From positions 1 through 49,227 of the forward strand of contig CAZWXN010000003.1 of the NCBI GenBank assembly GCA_964637915.1: a DNA stretch of 49,227 nt. Direction: 5' to 3'. The notes below the pieces were generated by a model. The model did not search any database. It was not told the DNA's origin and worked only from the letters and a program-made list of their open reading frames with translations. Origin of the DNA: an uncultured Nitrososphaeria archaeon (lineage in GTDB: Archaea > Thermoproteota > Nitrososphaeria_A > Caldarchaeales > Wolframiiraptoraceae). Position numbers and translations under genes: made by a program. Below are positions 19,957 through 30,429 of this stretch, piece after piece (the stretch's first letter is position 1; the number at the start of each line of letters is the position of its first letter).

Positions 19957-20370
19957 CTATGATTCCTGCTCGGCCTCTGCCTCTACCTCGCCTTCCTCCA
20001 CGCTTTCTAATGCTGCCTGTTCTTTAGCAAGCTTATGTGGCACTGGAAGCGAGTCTATCATGTCTATTAGGTCTATCCAAGCCTGTATGAAGTCCTTGGG
20101 TGGATCATAAGCCTCCTTGAGTAGATCTGTGAATATCTTCTTGAGGTTGGCCTTATCCTCGCCGCCGAGGTACCTTTTCCAGAGCTGGAATATGAAGGAG
20201 TCCCGATCATCGGTGATATAGGCGTAGTATATCCCGTAAAGAGCCTTGTAATAGCCGTTATTGCCGAGCTTTTTCTCCAGCCTGCTAAGGGACTCCTCGG
20301 CCTTGCTTATCTTGCCCGAGAAGAGTAAGGTGAAGAAGTTTTTCACGGCTCTACCAGCCTGCTGGCTCAT
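19957..20370 (-). CDS. Hypothetical helical protein translationally coupled to radA
   Basis: ATG overlaps the radA stop; host-like composition; GYYKALYG motif. Confidence 0.75.
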   Translation of the reverse strand: MSQQAGRAVKNFFTLLFSGKISKAEESLSRLEKKLGNNGYYKALYGIYYAYITDDRDSFIFQLWKRYLGGEDKANLKKIFTDLLKEAYDPPKDFIQAWIDLIDMIDSLPVPHKLAKEQAALESVEEGEVEAEAEQES

Positions 20371-21344
20371 TCAGCCTCCTCCCCCTCCAAGTCCTCTATC
20401 CCGTTCTCCGTTATCCTGAAGAGCGCCTCGCCCTCCGGAAGATATGGGCTCGCCACGAGCCTCGCTATCCTAACATTCTTCCCAGCCGCTTTTCTCAGAT
20501 ATATTCTCGTGTGGCTCGTGTGGCCGACGATGTGGCCTCCCACCGGGAGCACGGCCATGGCGCTGAAGAACTCATCAGGCCTGGCCATCACCTGGTTCGT
20601 AACAACCGCTGCGGCGTTAAAGGCTCTAGCAAGCCTGAGAAGCTTATGCATATGCTTGTTAAGCTTCTGCTGCCTCTCAGGCAGGCTCTGCCTCCCAACG
20701 TACTCGCTCCTGAAATGCGCTGTGAGCGAGTCTATTATTATCAGCCTGACATTATTCTCCTTGATCACCTTATCAGCCTTCTCGAGTAGTAGAATCTGGT
20801 GATCGCTATTGTAGGCCTCCGCGTAGATTATCCGCTCACAGGCCTCATCCGGGTCAAGCCCCACGTGCCTCGCCATCTGGGCTATACGCTCGATCCTGAA
20901 AGTGTTCTCAGTGTCTATGTAGAGGGCCGCGCCGTTCAAGCCGCCCCTCTCAGGCGGAAGCTGGACGTTAACCGCTAGCTGGTGGCATAGCTGGGACTTG
21001 CCGCTCCCAAACTCTCCAAAGAACTCCGTTATCGACTGTGTTTCAACTCCTCCGCCGATCAAGTTGTCGAGGGCCTTGCTGCCGGTCGTTATCCTCCCAA
21101 CGCCCTTCTTAAGCTCGGCCAGTTGCTTTGCCGTCACCCAGCTTATCTCTATCGCCTCCCTAGCAGCCGCTATTATCTCAGCAGCCCTCTTTTCACCAAT
21201 CCCAGCAGCCGCCAGCTCGGCGATCGTCGCCGTCGCCAGCGACTCTATCGTCGAGAATCCTATCTCCCTAAGCTTCTGGGCCGTGGCCGCGCCGACCGAG
21301 GGCAGATCCTCTATGCGGAGATAGATCTTTTTCTCAGCCTGCAT
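20367..21344 (-). CDS. radA: DNA repair and recombination protein RadA
   Basis: HhH N-domain, [38 protein letters not shown]; ATG 21344 has an SD, alternative TTG at 21401. Confidence 0.98.
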   Translation of the reverse strand: MQAEKKIYLRIEDLPSVGAATAQKLREIGFSTIESLATATIAELAAAGIGEKRAAEIIAAAREAIEISWVTAKQLAELKKGVGRITTGSKALDNLIGGGVETQSITEFFGEFGSGKSQLCHQLAVNVQLPPERGGLNGAALYIDTENTFRIERIAQMARHVGLDPDEACERIIYAEAYNSDHQILLLEKADKVIKENNVRLIIIDSLTAHFRSEYVGRQSLPERQQKLNKHMHKLLRLARAFNAAAVVTNQVMARPDEFFSAMAVLPVGGHIVGHTSHTRIYLRKAAGKNVRIARLVASPYLPEGEALFRITENGIEDLEGEEAE

Positions 21345-21477
21345 CTCCGAGCCACCTTCAGACTCTCGGCCGCTTCGACGGGGCACGCTATCCCCCGACA
21401 ACGATATATAACGGGCTATCTATTGAGTCTTATCTAGCCTCTTTCCCAAGCTGCATGGAGCCCAGTTTTCGGGAGAA

Positions 21478-22140
21478 TTAGCTGGTGTTCTGCCGCTCGA
21501 GGCTCTCCGGCCGTCTCCTTCTACTCGGCCTCTCAACCAGCCTTTCCAAATATTCGCTGAAGAAGAACCAGATCGAGAAGATCACAAGGGATGATCCTAT
21601 CCCGATGGCTAGGCCCATGTATAGGGCCTCCTTGACTGGCTCACTTAAGGCGGTTACATCTATCAGCATCGTTGTTATGAGGAGCATCGCGACGAAGAGC
21701 AGGAATCCCTTCAACCTGCTCTCGATCCTTATCTTCTCTATCAGCGCTGAGAACGCCGTAAAGAGGATGAGCGCTAGGACTATGACGCTTATCACCCTAG
21801 CGCCGTAGATCAGCGCCGAGTTGGCTAGGCTCAGGTACTCAGGCCCCAAGAATATGTGGATCAGACCGTAGAGAGATGCTAGGAGAACCCCAGCATAGAA
21901 GATCCAGAGAATAACGGAGTTAAAAGATATTGGGAGCTTCACGCCAAGGCTCCTCTCCACAAATCCATCCAGATTCACGATGGAGAGAAGCTTCTTAATG
22001 GCCCCGCCTACGAACTTGAGTGCTAGAAAGGCGATTATCACCACGATTATCCCGAGGATGAGCTTCGGGATGAGCGTGATGAAATCCAACAAGAGCTTGG
22101 ATGCGAATTCTCTGAGAGCCTCCTCACCTAAACCATTCAT
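21478..22140 (-). CDS. Membrane protein with conserved TM-helix repeat (MscS/CmpX-associated type)
   Basis: IPKLILGIIVVII..GGAIKKLL..LD signature; multiple TM helices. Confidence 0.65.
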   Translation of the reverse strand: MNGLGEEALREFASKLLLDFITLIPKLILGIIVVIIAFLALKFVGGAIKKLLSIVNLDGFVERSLGVKLPISFNSVILWIFYAGVLLASLYGLIHIFLGPEYLSLANSALIYGARVISVIVLALILFTAFSALIEKIRIESRLKGFLLFVAMLLITTMLIDVTALSEPVKEALYMGLAIGIGSSLVIFSIWFFFSEYLERLVERPSRRRRPESLERQNTS

Positions 22141-22180
22141 GCGATGGATTAGGGAGACTCGGCTGCTTTTTAGCTTACCC

Positions 22181-23563
22181 CTAGATTCCGGCTAGGAAGA
22201 GGATGAATTTGTAGAGTATGTAGAGGAGGATCAGCACCATGGCTAGGGCGAGGAGCCTGACTGTGAGAGCCATCACTTCCTTGCTCGTCTCCAAGATGTA
22301 TGAGTATCCCATGAGGCTATTCGTGTAGATGAGCTGGGAGTAGGTCCTTGCGACCTCCTCAGGCACCGCCGCAACCTCCGGCACCGTGAGAAACGCGAGG
22401 GCCACGGATAGTAGCCTGATAAAGATCACTGAGGCGAATAGGAGCATGTAGTCCTGGCTGAAGAGCATGCCAAATGGTGTTGCCAGGAGCTGGGAGAGAT
22501 TCGTCAGCATGGAGAGCATTATGCTGGACCTGACTGCTCCGAACTCCCTCAAGTACCTGGCGAACAGGAAGTTCCCGAGAAAGCTCGCTCCTGTGAACAT
22601 GAATGTGCCGAAGGCGGTTATCCCAAGATGGGCTGTGGGTATTGGCGTGATGAAGGCGGCGATTGGGACGAGCATCAAGCTGCCGATAGCGATCCTAAAG
22701 CTCCTGAGAGATCTCCTAGCCCAGAAGAATGAACCCATAATGCCGAAGATCGTCGAGACGAAGTTCATGGCAGCGGCGAGATAGTCCGGCGCCCCTAGAA
22801 CCCCCATCAGATAGGGCGTCCAAACTATTCCGAGGAGGTTGCTGGACATCAGCATCGCGAGCAGGAATGACGATATAGAGAACATCTGTTCAGGCCTTCC
22901 AACCCTCCTCGGCACCCTAACGCCCTCGAGATGTCCCATGTCCGCTGCAGAGAGCATGAGCGTGGCGAGAAGGCCTATCATCGAACCCGTGACGAATATT
23001 ATGGCGAATTTCAGGTCTCTCGGCAGGATTGCTAGCATCGTCATCGCCGCCGCGGATCCAATGATGCTCATCAGGTTTCCGGCGATCGTCCTCTTCGCAG
23101 TAACATCCCTGACGTCAGACTCGTCGAACGATGAATAGATTAGGAGGTTCATGAAGGCTGTTATGATTGTTGTCGAGGTGCTTATCACGGCGTAGAGGGC
23201 CGCTATGCTCGCCAAATCCCTCACGAGCACCATTGGTATCCAGAAGATCCTCTCGAGCGCGTGGAATAGCAGGAGCTTCAGCTTAACCCTCCGGGTGAGA
23301 AAGCCCGGAAACCTCCATAAGGTCACTGAGACAAGAGACGCGATGGCGGTAGCGATCAATGTTATGAGGGAGATCCCGCCTATATCAAACCCTATCGAGG
23401 TTAGATAGATCACGAGAAGATTTCTGGTTAGGGCTAGGTATATCCCCGCGAAGGCCATCTCCAAGGTCAGAAGAAGCTTCAAGCTCGGGATTATGCGAGC
23501 TGAAGACAACTTAAGCCTCATCATGAATAGGCGGCCTAAAATACGTTCCCGGCAAACTAACAC
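22181..23563 (-). CDS. MFS-like membrane protein (start uncertain)
   Basis: About 12 hydrophobic helices in a 6+6 arrangement plus a C-terminal extra helix. Confidence 0.75.
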   Translation of the reverse strand: MLVCRERILGRLFMMRLKLSSARIIPSLKLLLTLEMAFAGIYLALTRNLLVIYLTSIGFDIGGISLITLIATAIASLVSVTLWRFPGFLTRRVKLKLLLFHALERIFWIPMVLVRDLASIAALYAVISTSTTIITAFMNLLIYSSFDESDVRDVTAKRTIAGNLMSIIGSAAAMTMLAILPRDLKFAIIFVTGSMIGLLATLMLSAADMGHLEGVRVPRRVGRPEQMFSISSFLLAMLMSSNLLGIVWTPYLMGVLGAPDYLAAAMNFVSTIFGIMGSFFWARRSLRSFRIAIGSLMLVPIAAFITPIPTAHLGITAFGTFMFTGASFLGNFLFARYLREFGAVRSSIMLSMLTNLSQLLATPFGMLFSQDYMLLFASVIFIRLLSVALAFLTVPEVAAVPEEVARTYSQLIYTNSLMGYSYILETSKEVMALTVRLLALAMVLILLYILYKFILFLAGI

Positions 23564-23605
23564 ACATATATCATATAGGGATAAGGCTTGGATTGAGGTA
23601 GGGTC

Positions 23606-24451
23606 ATGGAGTATAGGTTTTTGGGTAAGACTGGTGAGAGAATAGCCGCGATAGGTCTTGGGACATGGCTAATTGGTGGTGGCAGCGCGCCAGACTACTC
23701 GAGAGATAAAGAGGCTATTGAGGCGATAAGATATGCGATAGAGCTTGGCATGACACATATAGATACTGCTGAGATGTATGGCGGTGGCCACGCGGAGGAG
23801 CTTGTCGGAGAAGCGATAAAAGCCTTCAAGAGGGACGAGGTTTTCATAGCGAGCAAGGTATGGCCAACAAACTTGAGATATGATGATTTGTTGAAGGCTT
23901 GTGAGAGGAGCTTGAAGAGGCTTCAGACAAGCTACATAGACCTATACTACATACATTGGCCGAGTGATGTGATTCCTCTCTCGGAGAGTATGAGGGCCAT
24001 GGAGCGCCTCTATAAGGATGGTAAGATAAGATACATTGGGCTAAGCAACTTCTCGCCCATCCAGATAGAGGAGGCGAGATCCTATCTATCCACAACCGAT
24101 GTGGTCGCGATCCAAGCAGAGTATAGCCTCTATAATAGGAAGATTGAGGCGGATCTGATACCATACTGCTTCAGGAACGGCGTGACGGTGGTGGCCTATT
24201 CCCCTCTCGCGAGGGGCGCTCTTCTAGCTGATCTCAAGAAGCCCGCGGAGAGGAGGATCCAGCTGCTCATGGAGCTCGCCGAGAAATACTCCAAGACGCC
24301 TGTTCAGATAGCGCTTAACTGGGTTATCTGGCATGATCAAGTGATAGCTATTCCGAAAGCCCTGCAGAAGCAGCATCTTGAGGAGAATGCAGGCGCGGCT
24401 GGCTGGAAGCTCACGAAAGAGGATTATGACATAATTTGCAAGGCTTGGTAG
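23606..24451 (+). CDS. Aldo/keto reductase
   Basis: GLGTW, IDTAEMYG, SKVW, DLYYIHWP, IGLSNF, AYSPL, IPKA. Confidence 0.96.
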   Translation: MEYRFLGKTGERIAAIGLGTWLIGGGSAPDYSRDKEAIEAIRYAIELGMTHIDTAEMYGGGHAEELVGEAIKAFKRDEVFIASKVWPTNLRYDDLLKACERSLKRLQTSYIDLYYIHWPSDVIPLSESMRAMERLYKDGKIRYIGLSNFSPIQIEEARSYLSTTDVVAIQAEYSLYNRKIEADLIPYCFRNGVTVVAYSPLARGALLADLKKPAERRIQLLMELAEKYSKTPVQIALNWVIWHDQVIAIPKALQKQHLEENAGAAGWKLTKEDYDIICKAW

Positions 24452-24509
24452 CCGGGATATCACCGCGGGGGAGAGCATATATTGCGAGAAAACAATAGCT
24501 GATCATGGC

Positions 24510-25664
24510 TTGAGCATGGCTGGATCTCGCCGCGTCTACATGGATTATGCCTCGACAACGCCGATTGATCCTAGGGTTCTTGAGGCTATGATGCCGTATT
24601 TCCGCGAGAAGTTCGGGAACACGATGAGCCCCCATGCCTGGGGTATGGAGGCTAGGGAGGCCCTCGAGAGGGCTAGGGAAATTGTTGCCGCGTTCATTAA
24701 TGCAAACCCCATGGAGCTCATCTTCACGAGCAGCGCGACGGAGAGCAATAACCTCGCCATAAAGGGCGTCGTCCTAGCCAATCGAGGGAAAGGCAGGCAC
24801 ATCATAACATCCAAGATAGAGCATCCAAGCGTCTTGGAACCATGCAGGTGGCTCGAGAAAAACGGCTTCGAGGTAACATATCTCCCAGTGGATGCTCACG
24901 GGATCGTTGATCCCGGCGACGTAGAAGAGGCGATTAGAAGAGACACGATACTCGTCTCGATAATGCATGCAAACAATGAGATCGGCACAATAGAGCCCAT
25001 AAAGGAGATTGGCGAGATTTGCAGGGAGCGCGGGGTGCATTTCCATGTTGATGCTGCTCAGAGCCTTGGAAAGCTCCTAGTGGATGTTGAGGAGATGTGC
25101 GTGGACCTGTTGACCCTGAGCGCCCACAAGATCTATGGCCCTAAGGGTGTTGGTAGCCTCTATGTCAGGGATGGCATCAGGCTGGAGCCTCTACTTCATG
25201 GAGGAGGCCACGAGTATGGATTGAGATCCAGCACCGTGAATGTCGCGGGGGCCGTGGGGTTCGCTAAGGCATGTGAGATCGCCAGAGAAGTCATGCATGA
25301 GGAAGCCGAGAGGCTGGGGAGGCTTTGTAGAAAATTGATCCATGAGATGCTTGGGATAAGCGGCGTCCACCTGACCGGGCATCCGGAGAAGAGGCTACAG
25401 ACGATCGCGAGCTTCTGGCTAGAATTCATTGATGGCGAGAGGCTGATAATGGAGCTGAATGAGAGGGGTGTAGCGGCCTCAACAGGCTCCGCCTGCTCAA
25501 GCGGGAAGATCGAGCCAAGCCACGTCCTACTAGCCATAGGATTAAACGAGAGGCAGGCTAAGAGCGGACTAAGGCTCAGCATAGGAAGATGGACCACCGA
25601 GGATGAGATCGATTACGTGATCGAATGCATGGAGGAGATAGCAGCGAAGTATAGGAGAGCATAA
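24510..25664 (+). CDS. iscS: Cysteine desulfurase (IscS/NifS type)
   Basis: YMDYASTTP, TESNN, EHPSV, NNEIGTI, HVDAAQ, SAHKIYGPKG, STGSACSS. Confidence 0.96.
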   Translation: MSMAGSRRVYMDYASTTPIDPRVLEAMMPYFREKFGNTMSPHAWGMEAREALERAREIVAAFINANPMELIFTSSATESNNLAIKGVVLANRGKGRHIITSKIEHPSVLEPCRWLEKNGFEVTYLPVDAHGIVDPGDVEEAIRRDTILVSIMHANNEIGTIEPIKEIGEICRERGVHFHVDAAQSLGKLLVDVEEMCVDLLTLSAHKIYGPKGVGSLYVRDGIRLEPLLHGGGHEYGLRSSTVNVAGAVGFAKACEIAREVMHEEAERLGRLCRKLIHEMLGISGVHLTGHPEKRLQTIASFWLEFIDGERLIMELNERGVAASTGSACSSGKIEPSHVLLAIGLNERQAKSGLRLSIGRWTTEDEIDYVIECMEEIAAKYRRA

Positions 25665-25721
25665 TGCATTTGCCTAAGGGTGCGATATTTAAGACGGACG
25701 TACATATAATATTTTCCGTGG

Positions 25722-26363
25722 ATGGTGATGAAGGCGGTCTCGCTGATCTCGGGAGGGATAGATTCACCCGTCTCATCATATCTTATGCTTAGGAGGGGCG
25801 TGGAGCTAGTCTACCTGCATTTCCACAGTTTCCCAATCGTCTCGAAATCCAGCGTCTATAAAGCGATGCGACTCGTCAAGATTCTCTCAAGCCACGGGCC
25901 CACGCGCATATTATACCTCGCACCCCTCGCTGAGATACAATCCTACCTGAGGGCGAGGGTTGATCCGAGATATCTCGTCATCCTTTATAGAAGGTTCATG
26001 CTCAGAATCGCTGAGAGGGTTGCTGAGAGGGAGGGGGCCGCATTCCTTGTTACGGGCGAGAGCTTGGCCCAGGTATCCTCCCAGACGCTCCAGAATCTCA
26101 GGGTTATAGATGCCGCTGCCAGAATCCCTGTTTTAAGGCCGCTTATAGGATTCGATAAGGAGGAGATAATGAGCTTGGCGAGGGAGATAGGGACATACAA
26201 TATCTCGATAAAGCCTCAGGAGGACTGCTGCACGCTCTTCGTGCCGCGGAGGCAGGCAACAGCGGCTAAGCTGGAGGAGATCGAGAGCATCGAGAAATCC
26301 CTGCCGGTCGAGGAGCTCATCGCGCAGGCATTAGAAAAGATTGAGAGGGTTGAGGTTTCCTAG
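25722..26363 (+). CDS. thiI: ThiI-like tRNA sulfurtransferase, catalytic domain only
   Basis: PP-loop SGGIDSPV, TGESLAQVSSQT, RPLIGFDKEEI, EDCC; no THUMP domain. Confidence 0.88.
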   Translation: MVMKAVSLISGGIDSPVSSYLMLRRGVELVYLHFHSFPIVSKSSVYKAMRLVKILSSHGPTRILYLAPLAEIQSYLRARVDPRYLVILYRRFMLRIAERVAEREGAAFLVTGESLAQVSSQTLQNLRVIDAAARIPVLRPLIGFDKEEIMSLAREIGTYNISIKPQEDCCTLFVPRRQATAAKLEEIESIEKSLPVEELIAQALEKIERVEVS

Positions 26364-26368
26364 CCGCC

Positions 26369-26548
26369 CTACCTGAGCCAATATAGCTCCATGTATCCGC
26401 AGACCGTACACACCCTGACTTCAATCGAGTTGTATTCTTGGAGTTCTGCTGGGAGAAAGCTCTTAACGGAGAATGGGCCGACCCTCGCCGAGAGGCTCTT
26501 GACCATGCTCCTCATCTCGCCGCCGCACTTGGGGCACATATGGGCCAT
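26369..26548 (-). CDS. 59-aa Zn-ribbon protein (absent from the supplied ORF track)
   Basis: Manual translation MAHMCPKCGGEMRSMVKSLSARVGPFSVKSFLPAELQEYNSIEVRVCTVCGYMELYWLR*. Confidence 0.85.
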   Translation of the reverse strand: MAHMCPKCGGEMRSMVKSLSARVGPFSVKSFLPAELQEYNSIEVRVCTVCGYMELYWLR

Positions 26549-26645
26549 GCGCTGTCGCGATAAGGCTTCTAGATAGCTTTAATGTCGCAGCATTCATGGT
26601 TGGGGTTGATGTTTAAAGCATCCCATAGACAGGGTTTTAGCACGT

Positions 26646-27887
26646 ATGAAGGCTGTTCTAATTGTTTGTGATGGGTTGGGTGATAGACCTACAAGGGCTC
26701 TCGGGGGCTTAACGCCTCTTCAGGCGGCTAGGGCTGACACCCTTAACAGGATAGCATCTGAGGGAGAGTGCGGGATAGTAGATGTGATAGCGCCGGGCCA
26801 GCCTCCTGGAAGCGATACAGCGCATCTCGCGCTCTTCGGCTATGATCCATATGTGTGTTACCCGGGCAGGGGGGCTTTCGAGGCGCTTGGAGTCGGCGTC
26901 GAGCTACAGCCGGGCGACGTGGCCTTTAGATGTAACTTCGGAACCGTGAACAATGATGGTGTCATTATCGATAGGAGAGCTGGGAGGATAAGTAGTGAGG
27001 AGGCTAGACAGCTCGCAGAAGCTCTAAAGGATATAAGGATAGAGAGCGTTAGCGGTGTCCAAGCGATCTTCCATCACTCATCCGAGCATAGGGGAGTCTT
27101 GGTTCTCAGGGGCGAGAGGCTTTCTAGATGCGTCTCCGACGTCGATGCTCATAAGGCTGGTGTAAAGCCCGCGGTCCCTCAGCCCCTTGACGATAGCCCG
27201 GAGGCTGAGAGGACGGCTAAGGCTCTTCGGGAATTTCTCGAGAAGGCTGGCAAGATCTTGGCTGAGCACCCGCTAAACCGGGAGCGCGTCAAGAGGGGCC
27301 TCCTGCCTGCGAACATTCTCCTACCCCGCGGAGCTGGAACACTTCCCAAGATCGAGCCGATCACGAGGATCTGGGGCATAAGAGCTGCGGCGATCGCGGG
27401 CGGGGGATTATATAAGGGGGTTGCCAAGGCCGTTGGCTTCGACCTAATCCAAGTCCCCGGGGCGAATGGGACCGTGAACACGAATCTTAGGGGGAAGGTT
27501 GAGGCAGCTATGAGAGCCCTAGACAGCTATGATCTCATCTTCCTCCACGTGAAGGCGACGGATAACGTGAGCCATGACAAGAACCCCGCCAAGAAGGTTG
27601 AGATAATAGAGTGGATCTCTAAAGAGCTGACACCACTAGTCGAGAAAGTGGCCTCCGAGGGATACTATCTCGCGATCACCGGCGATCACACGACACCAAG
27701 CGAGGTCGGGGAGCATAGGGGAGATCCGGTCCCCCTCGCGATCATGGGCCCTGATGTCCGGAGAGACGATGTCAAGAGATTTGATGAGGTCTCCTGCGCC
27801 CGTGGATCCCTTTGCAGAATACATGGAACAGACCTCATGAGAATTCTGATGAACTACTTGGGAAGAGTCCCGTTATTCGGCGAGTGA
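26646..27887 (+). CDS. apgM: 2,3-BPG-independent phosphoglycerate mutase, archaeal type
   Basis: DGLGDRP, PGSDTAHL, GRGAFEALG, DRRAGRI, HVKATD..SHD, TGDHTTP, HRGDPVP. Confidence 0.97.
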   Translation: MKAVLIVCDGLGDRPTRALGGLTPLQAARADTLNRIASEGECGIVDVIAPGQPPGSDTAHLALFGYDPYVCYPGRGAFEALGVGVELQPGDVAFRCNFGTVNNDGVIIDRRAGRISSEEARQLAEALKDIRIESVSGVQAIFHHSSEHRGVLVLRGERLSRCVSDVDAHKAGVKPAVPQPLDDSPEAERTAKALREFLEKAGKILAEHPLNRERVKRGLLPANILLPRGAGTLPKIEPITRIWGIRAAAIAGGGLYKGVAKAVGFDLIQVPGANGTVNTNLRGKVEAAMRALDSYDLIFLHVKATDNVSHDKNPAKKVEIIEWISKELTPLVEKVASEGYYLAITGDHTTPSEVGEHRGDPVPLAIMGPDVRRDDVKRFDEVSCARGSLCRIHGTDLMRILMNYLGRVPLFGE

Positions 27888-28088
27888 GCGACGGCCCGCA
27901 AGCATTTTCCTAAGATTCTCTAGAGCCCTTCTTCCTTTTTCCAGCTCGAGCTCGCATCTCAGCCTAATGTAGCTCTCGCGATCTAATTCCCCTCGCCTAT
28001 ATTTCTCCACGGCTTCCCTTATCCGTTCATCAACCTCTTTCAGCCCTGCCCTAAGCATAGCCCTAACCCTGTCGCGAACACTCATCAA
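27873..28088 (-). CDS. Small hypothetical helical protein
   Basis: Fills the gap between apgM and osmC with host-like charged composition. Confidence 0.6.
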   Translation of the reverse strand: MMSVRDRVRAMLRAGLKEVDERIREAVEKYRRGELDRESYIRLRCELELEKGRRALENLRKMLAGRRSLAE

Positions 28089-28148
28089 TGGATGCGACCT
28101 CCCTCCGCGAGAAAAGTATTTACTATATGAGGGATACTTCTATTCTGC

Positions 28149-28550
28149 ATGAAGGCCGTATCAGTCTGGATATCTGGTTACAGGAGCGCTGTGGATAATG
28201 GTAGAGCTCATAGCGTTGTCGTGGATCTTCCAAGAGATCAGGGAGGCGAGGATCTCGGCCCAACAGCCCTCGAGCTGGCACTCATGAGCCTGGCCGGATG
28301 CATTGGGACAATCTTCGCCATCGTCGCCGGGAAGAGGAAGCTAAGCTACCAGAGCTTGAGAGTTGAGCTTGAGGGAGAGAAGGGAGAAAAGACGATCGAG
28401 AAGATCAGGGGGGTTCTTAGGATAAAGACGGCTGCGAGCAGGGAGGAGGTTGAGACGGCGCTGAAGCTGACGATGGAGATCTGTCCTGTCGGATTAATCT
28501 TTGAGAGGGCGGGGATGAAGCCGGAGATCCGATTGGAACTAGAGACCTAA
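28149..28550 (+). CDS. OsmC-like protein
   Basis: DLP..GGEDLGPTALEL..SLAGC, CPV. Confidence 0.92.
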   Translation: MKAVSVWISGYRSAVDNGRAHSVVVDLPRDQGGEDLGPTALELALMSLAGCIGTIFAIVAGKRKLSYQSLRVELEGEKGEKTIEKIRGVLRIKTAASREEVETALKLTMEICPVGLIFERAGMKPEIRLELET

Positions 28551-28593
28551 ACCTTCCTCATCTTTATTTTCCACTTAGGGCTGCTGAGCCGAT

Positions 28594-28910
28594 ACGAATA
28601 GAGGAATCCTAGTAGCTATAGGAGCTTTGAGCGATCCTAATCCTCCATCGGCCGCAGCGGATAAGGCGCGTAGATTCGCCCGGGCCCTCCTAAGATACAG
28701 GGATGAAGTTATCTTGATGAGTGGTGGTGATAGGAGCTGATAAGGATAGCTTGCAGGGAGTTTGTTGAGGGCGGCGGGCTGACAATAGGCATTATACCAG
28801 TCGACGAAGAGGTCATAGGCGAGGATCATCCTAGGTGTAGCCCGTATAACGTGATACCTATTCTCAGCGAGATGACATATCAGATGAGACCATAGCCTAG
28901 TGGGGAGAAC
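28594..28910 (+). pseudogene. 5' part of a disrupted LOG/TIGR00725-family gene
   Basis: ACG in place of a start, 26 nt after a TATA-like TTTATT; reads ..ILMSGGDR, frameshift at ~28736, then LIRIACREFVEGGGLTIGIIP..SEMTYQMR. Confidence 0.75.
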
Positions 28911-28913
28911 AGC

Positions 28914-30429
28914 ATCTCTACGACGAGATGGAGTTGTGAGGGAAGTATCTGAGAAAAAGAGATTCCTCAACAGATTTAGTAATAGAGACAATTTGCGATT
29001 AAAGCTGATAGAGCTATACTACACACAAAAACATTTCCAAAGGGAAATAGCAAAGATATTCAGTGTTAGTCAATGTTGGATAAACAAGCTCTTCAAATAA
29101 CTTGGTTTAATTGCTAGAAACATGTCTGACGCTTTTTCACCTGTTAAGTCGAAAGTGAGATATAGAGCATTTGATTCAAATAGGGATGATAGGCTAGTTA
29201 TCAAATTGAATGCCTTAATTCACACGGATTTCTATAAACTAATATTACGTAGAAAAATCAGAATTGAGACTTCGGCATCGCGCCTAGGAATGATGATTAT
29301 TTTTGGATAGATTTGCTGAGAATAATAATCTATCACCACCAAGTTGTTTCCCTAAACCCAAGTATTCGAAGAATTTCCCTGCACTCATCTATTCCAGGAG
29401 CATTCCTGAATATGTATGAGACCTTCGTTTGACACTCTATGAGAGCTTTGAACAGGTGATGGAAGACGATAGAAGCACATACTTAGAGCGATTGGTGCGA
29501 GCTGATAGAAAACTATTACACTTTTACCTTGCTAGAGCCATAGAATGCGATGGAACGATATTGTTATCCAAAACTAGAGAAAAAGTTACTGGTTACATAG
29601 AGATTTGCTCATCAGATCCACGATATATTTTCAGCCTTAGAAGGGTTCTACAAGAGATTTTCAAACTTCCAACTTCTGAACTGGGCAAGCGGAATGAGCG
29701 CCGTGAAGTAGTCGTGCGGCTGACGCCCAAGAATTTAAAAACTATAAATTTCTTGAAAGAGATGGATTTCTTACATCCAGACAAGACGTGGATGAAATAA
29801 CTAGCGCTAAAATACATCGGTAAATCCGTGAAACTGGAGATAATCAAAGAGATTGACAACATTAGTAAGACTATTGGGTTGCTAAAGGATGTCACCATCC
29901 AGCTGGCGAAGGAGCGGCTATCCCTACCCAAGGGCAGGAGCGCATTCAAAGCAGCGACCTTATTAAACTGGCATTACAACATTATTTCGACAACTATCCC
30001 AGTAATGATGTATTGTCAAAATTAGAAGACTACCAGAAAACTAGACTTCCATTAACTAGTAATGGGGTTACGCTTTTGCTAAAACAAAAGTCAAAGACGG
30101 CGATGAAGCCCCTCCCAAATCCCTACTTTTTTCCTTTCTTCTCTATTTTCGGATCGTTTCACGCTCACCTTGGAGTGAGACTTATGTTTGAAGTGTTTTG
30201 TCTCGTGTTGATTTGTCTCACTTGTTTAGGGTTAGTATGGAACATCTTCCTAGATTTGGGGTGTCGGTCTTAGGCATTGGCTTGAGCATAATCTGATTCG
30301 ATGAGGATTGTGAAAGGGTTGACGTCCAATGTAAGTGGTATTCTCCGAATAGAAGGGGTTATCGCTAAGGAGGTTAAGGAGTTTATTGAAGTGATAAGAC
30401 TCTAATAAACCCCCATCACAGACTCAACG
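28914..30429. mobile_element. AT-rich insertion interrupting the LOG-family gene (ends approximate)
   Basis: Abrupt compositional shift between two collinear halves of one host gene; carries an endonuclease relic. Confidence 0.7.
28936..30025 (+). pseudogene. Decayed HTH + LAGLIDADG homing-endonuclease-like gene
   Basis: HTH (QREIAKIFSVSQ..I..LFK*LGLIARNMSDA); LAGLIDADG-like LNALIHTDF and YLARAIECDGTI; in-frame stops at 29098 and 29798 and a frame change near 29310-29430. Confidence 0.7.

Noticed and set aside
26609-26623. 15-mer ATGTTTAAAGCATCC shared with 11924-11938
   Set aside because: A shared 15-mer is roughly expected by chance in 49 kb and both contain a TATA core; insufficient to call a regulon
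28575-28991. 138-aa minus-strand ORF
   Set aside because: Antisense shadow of the LOG pseudogene and the insertion start
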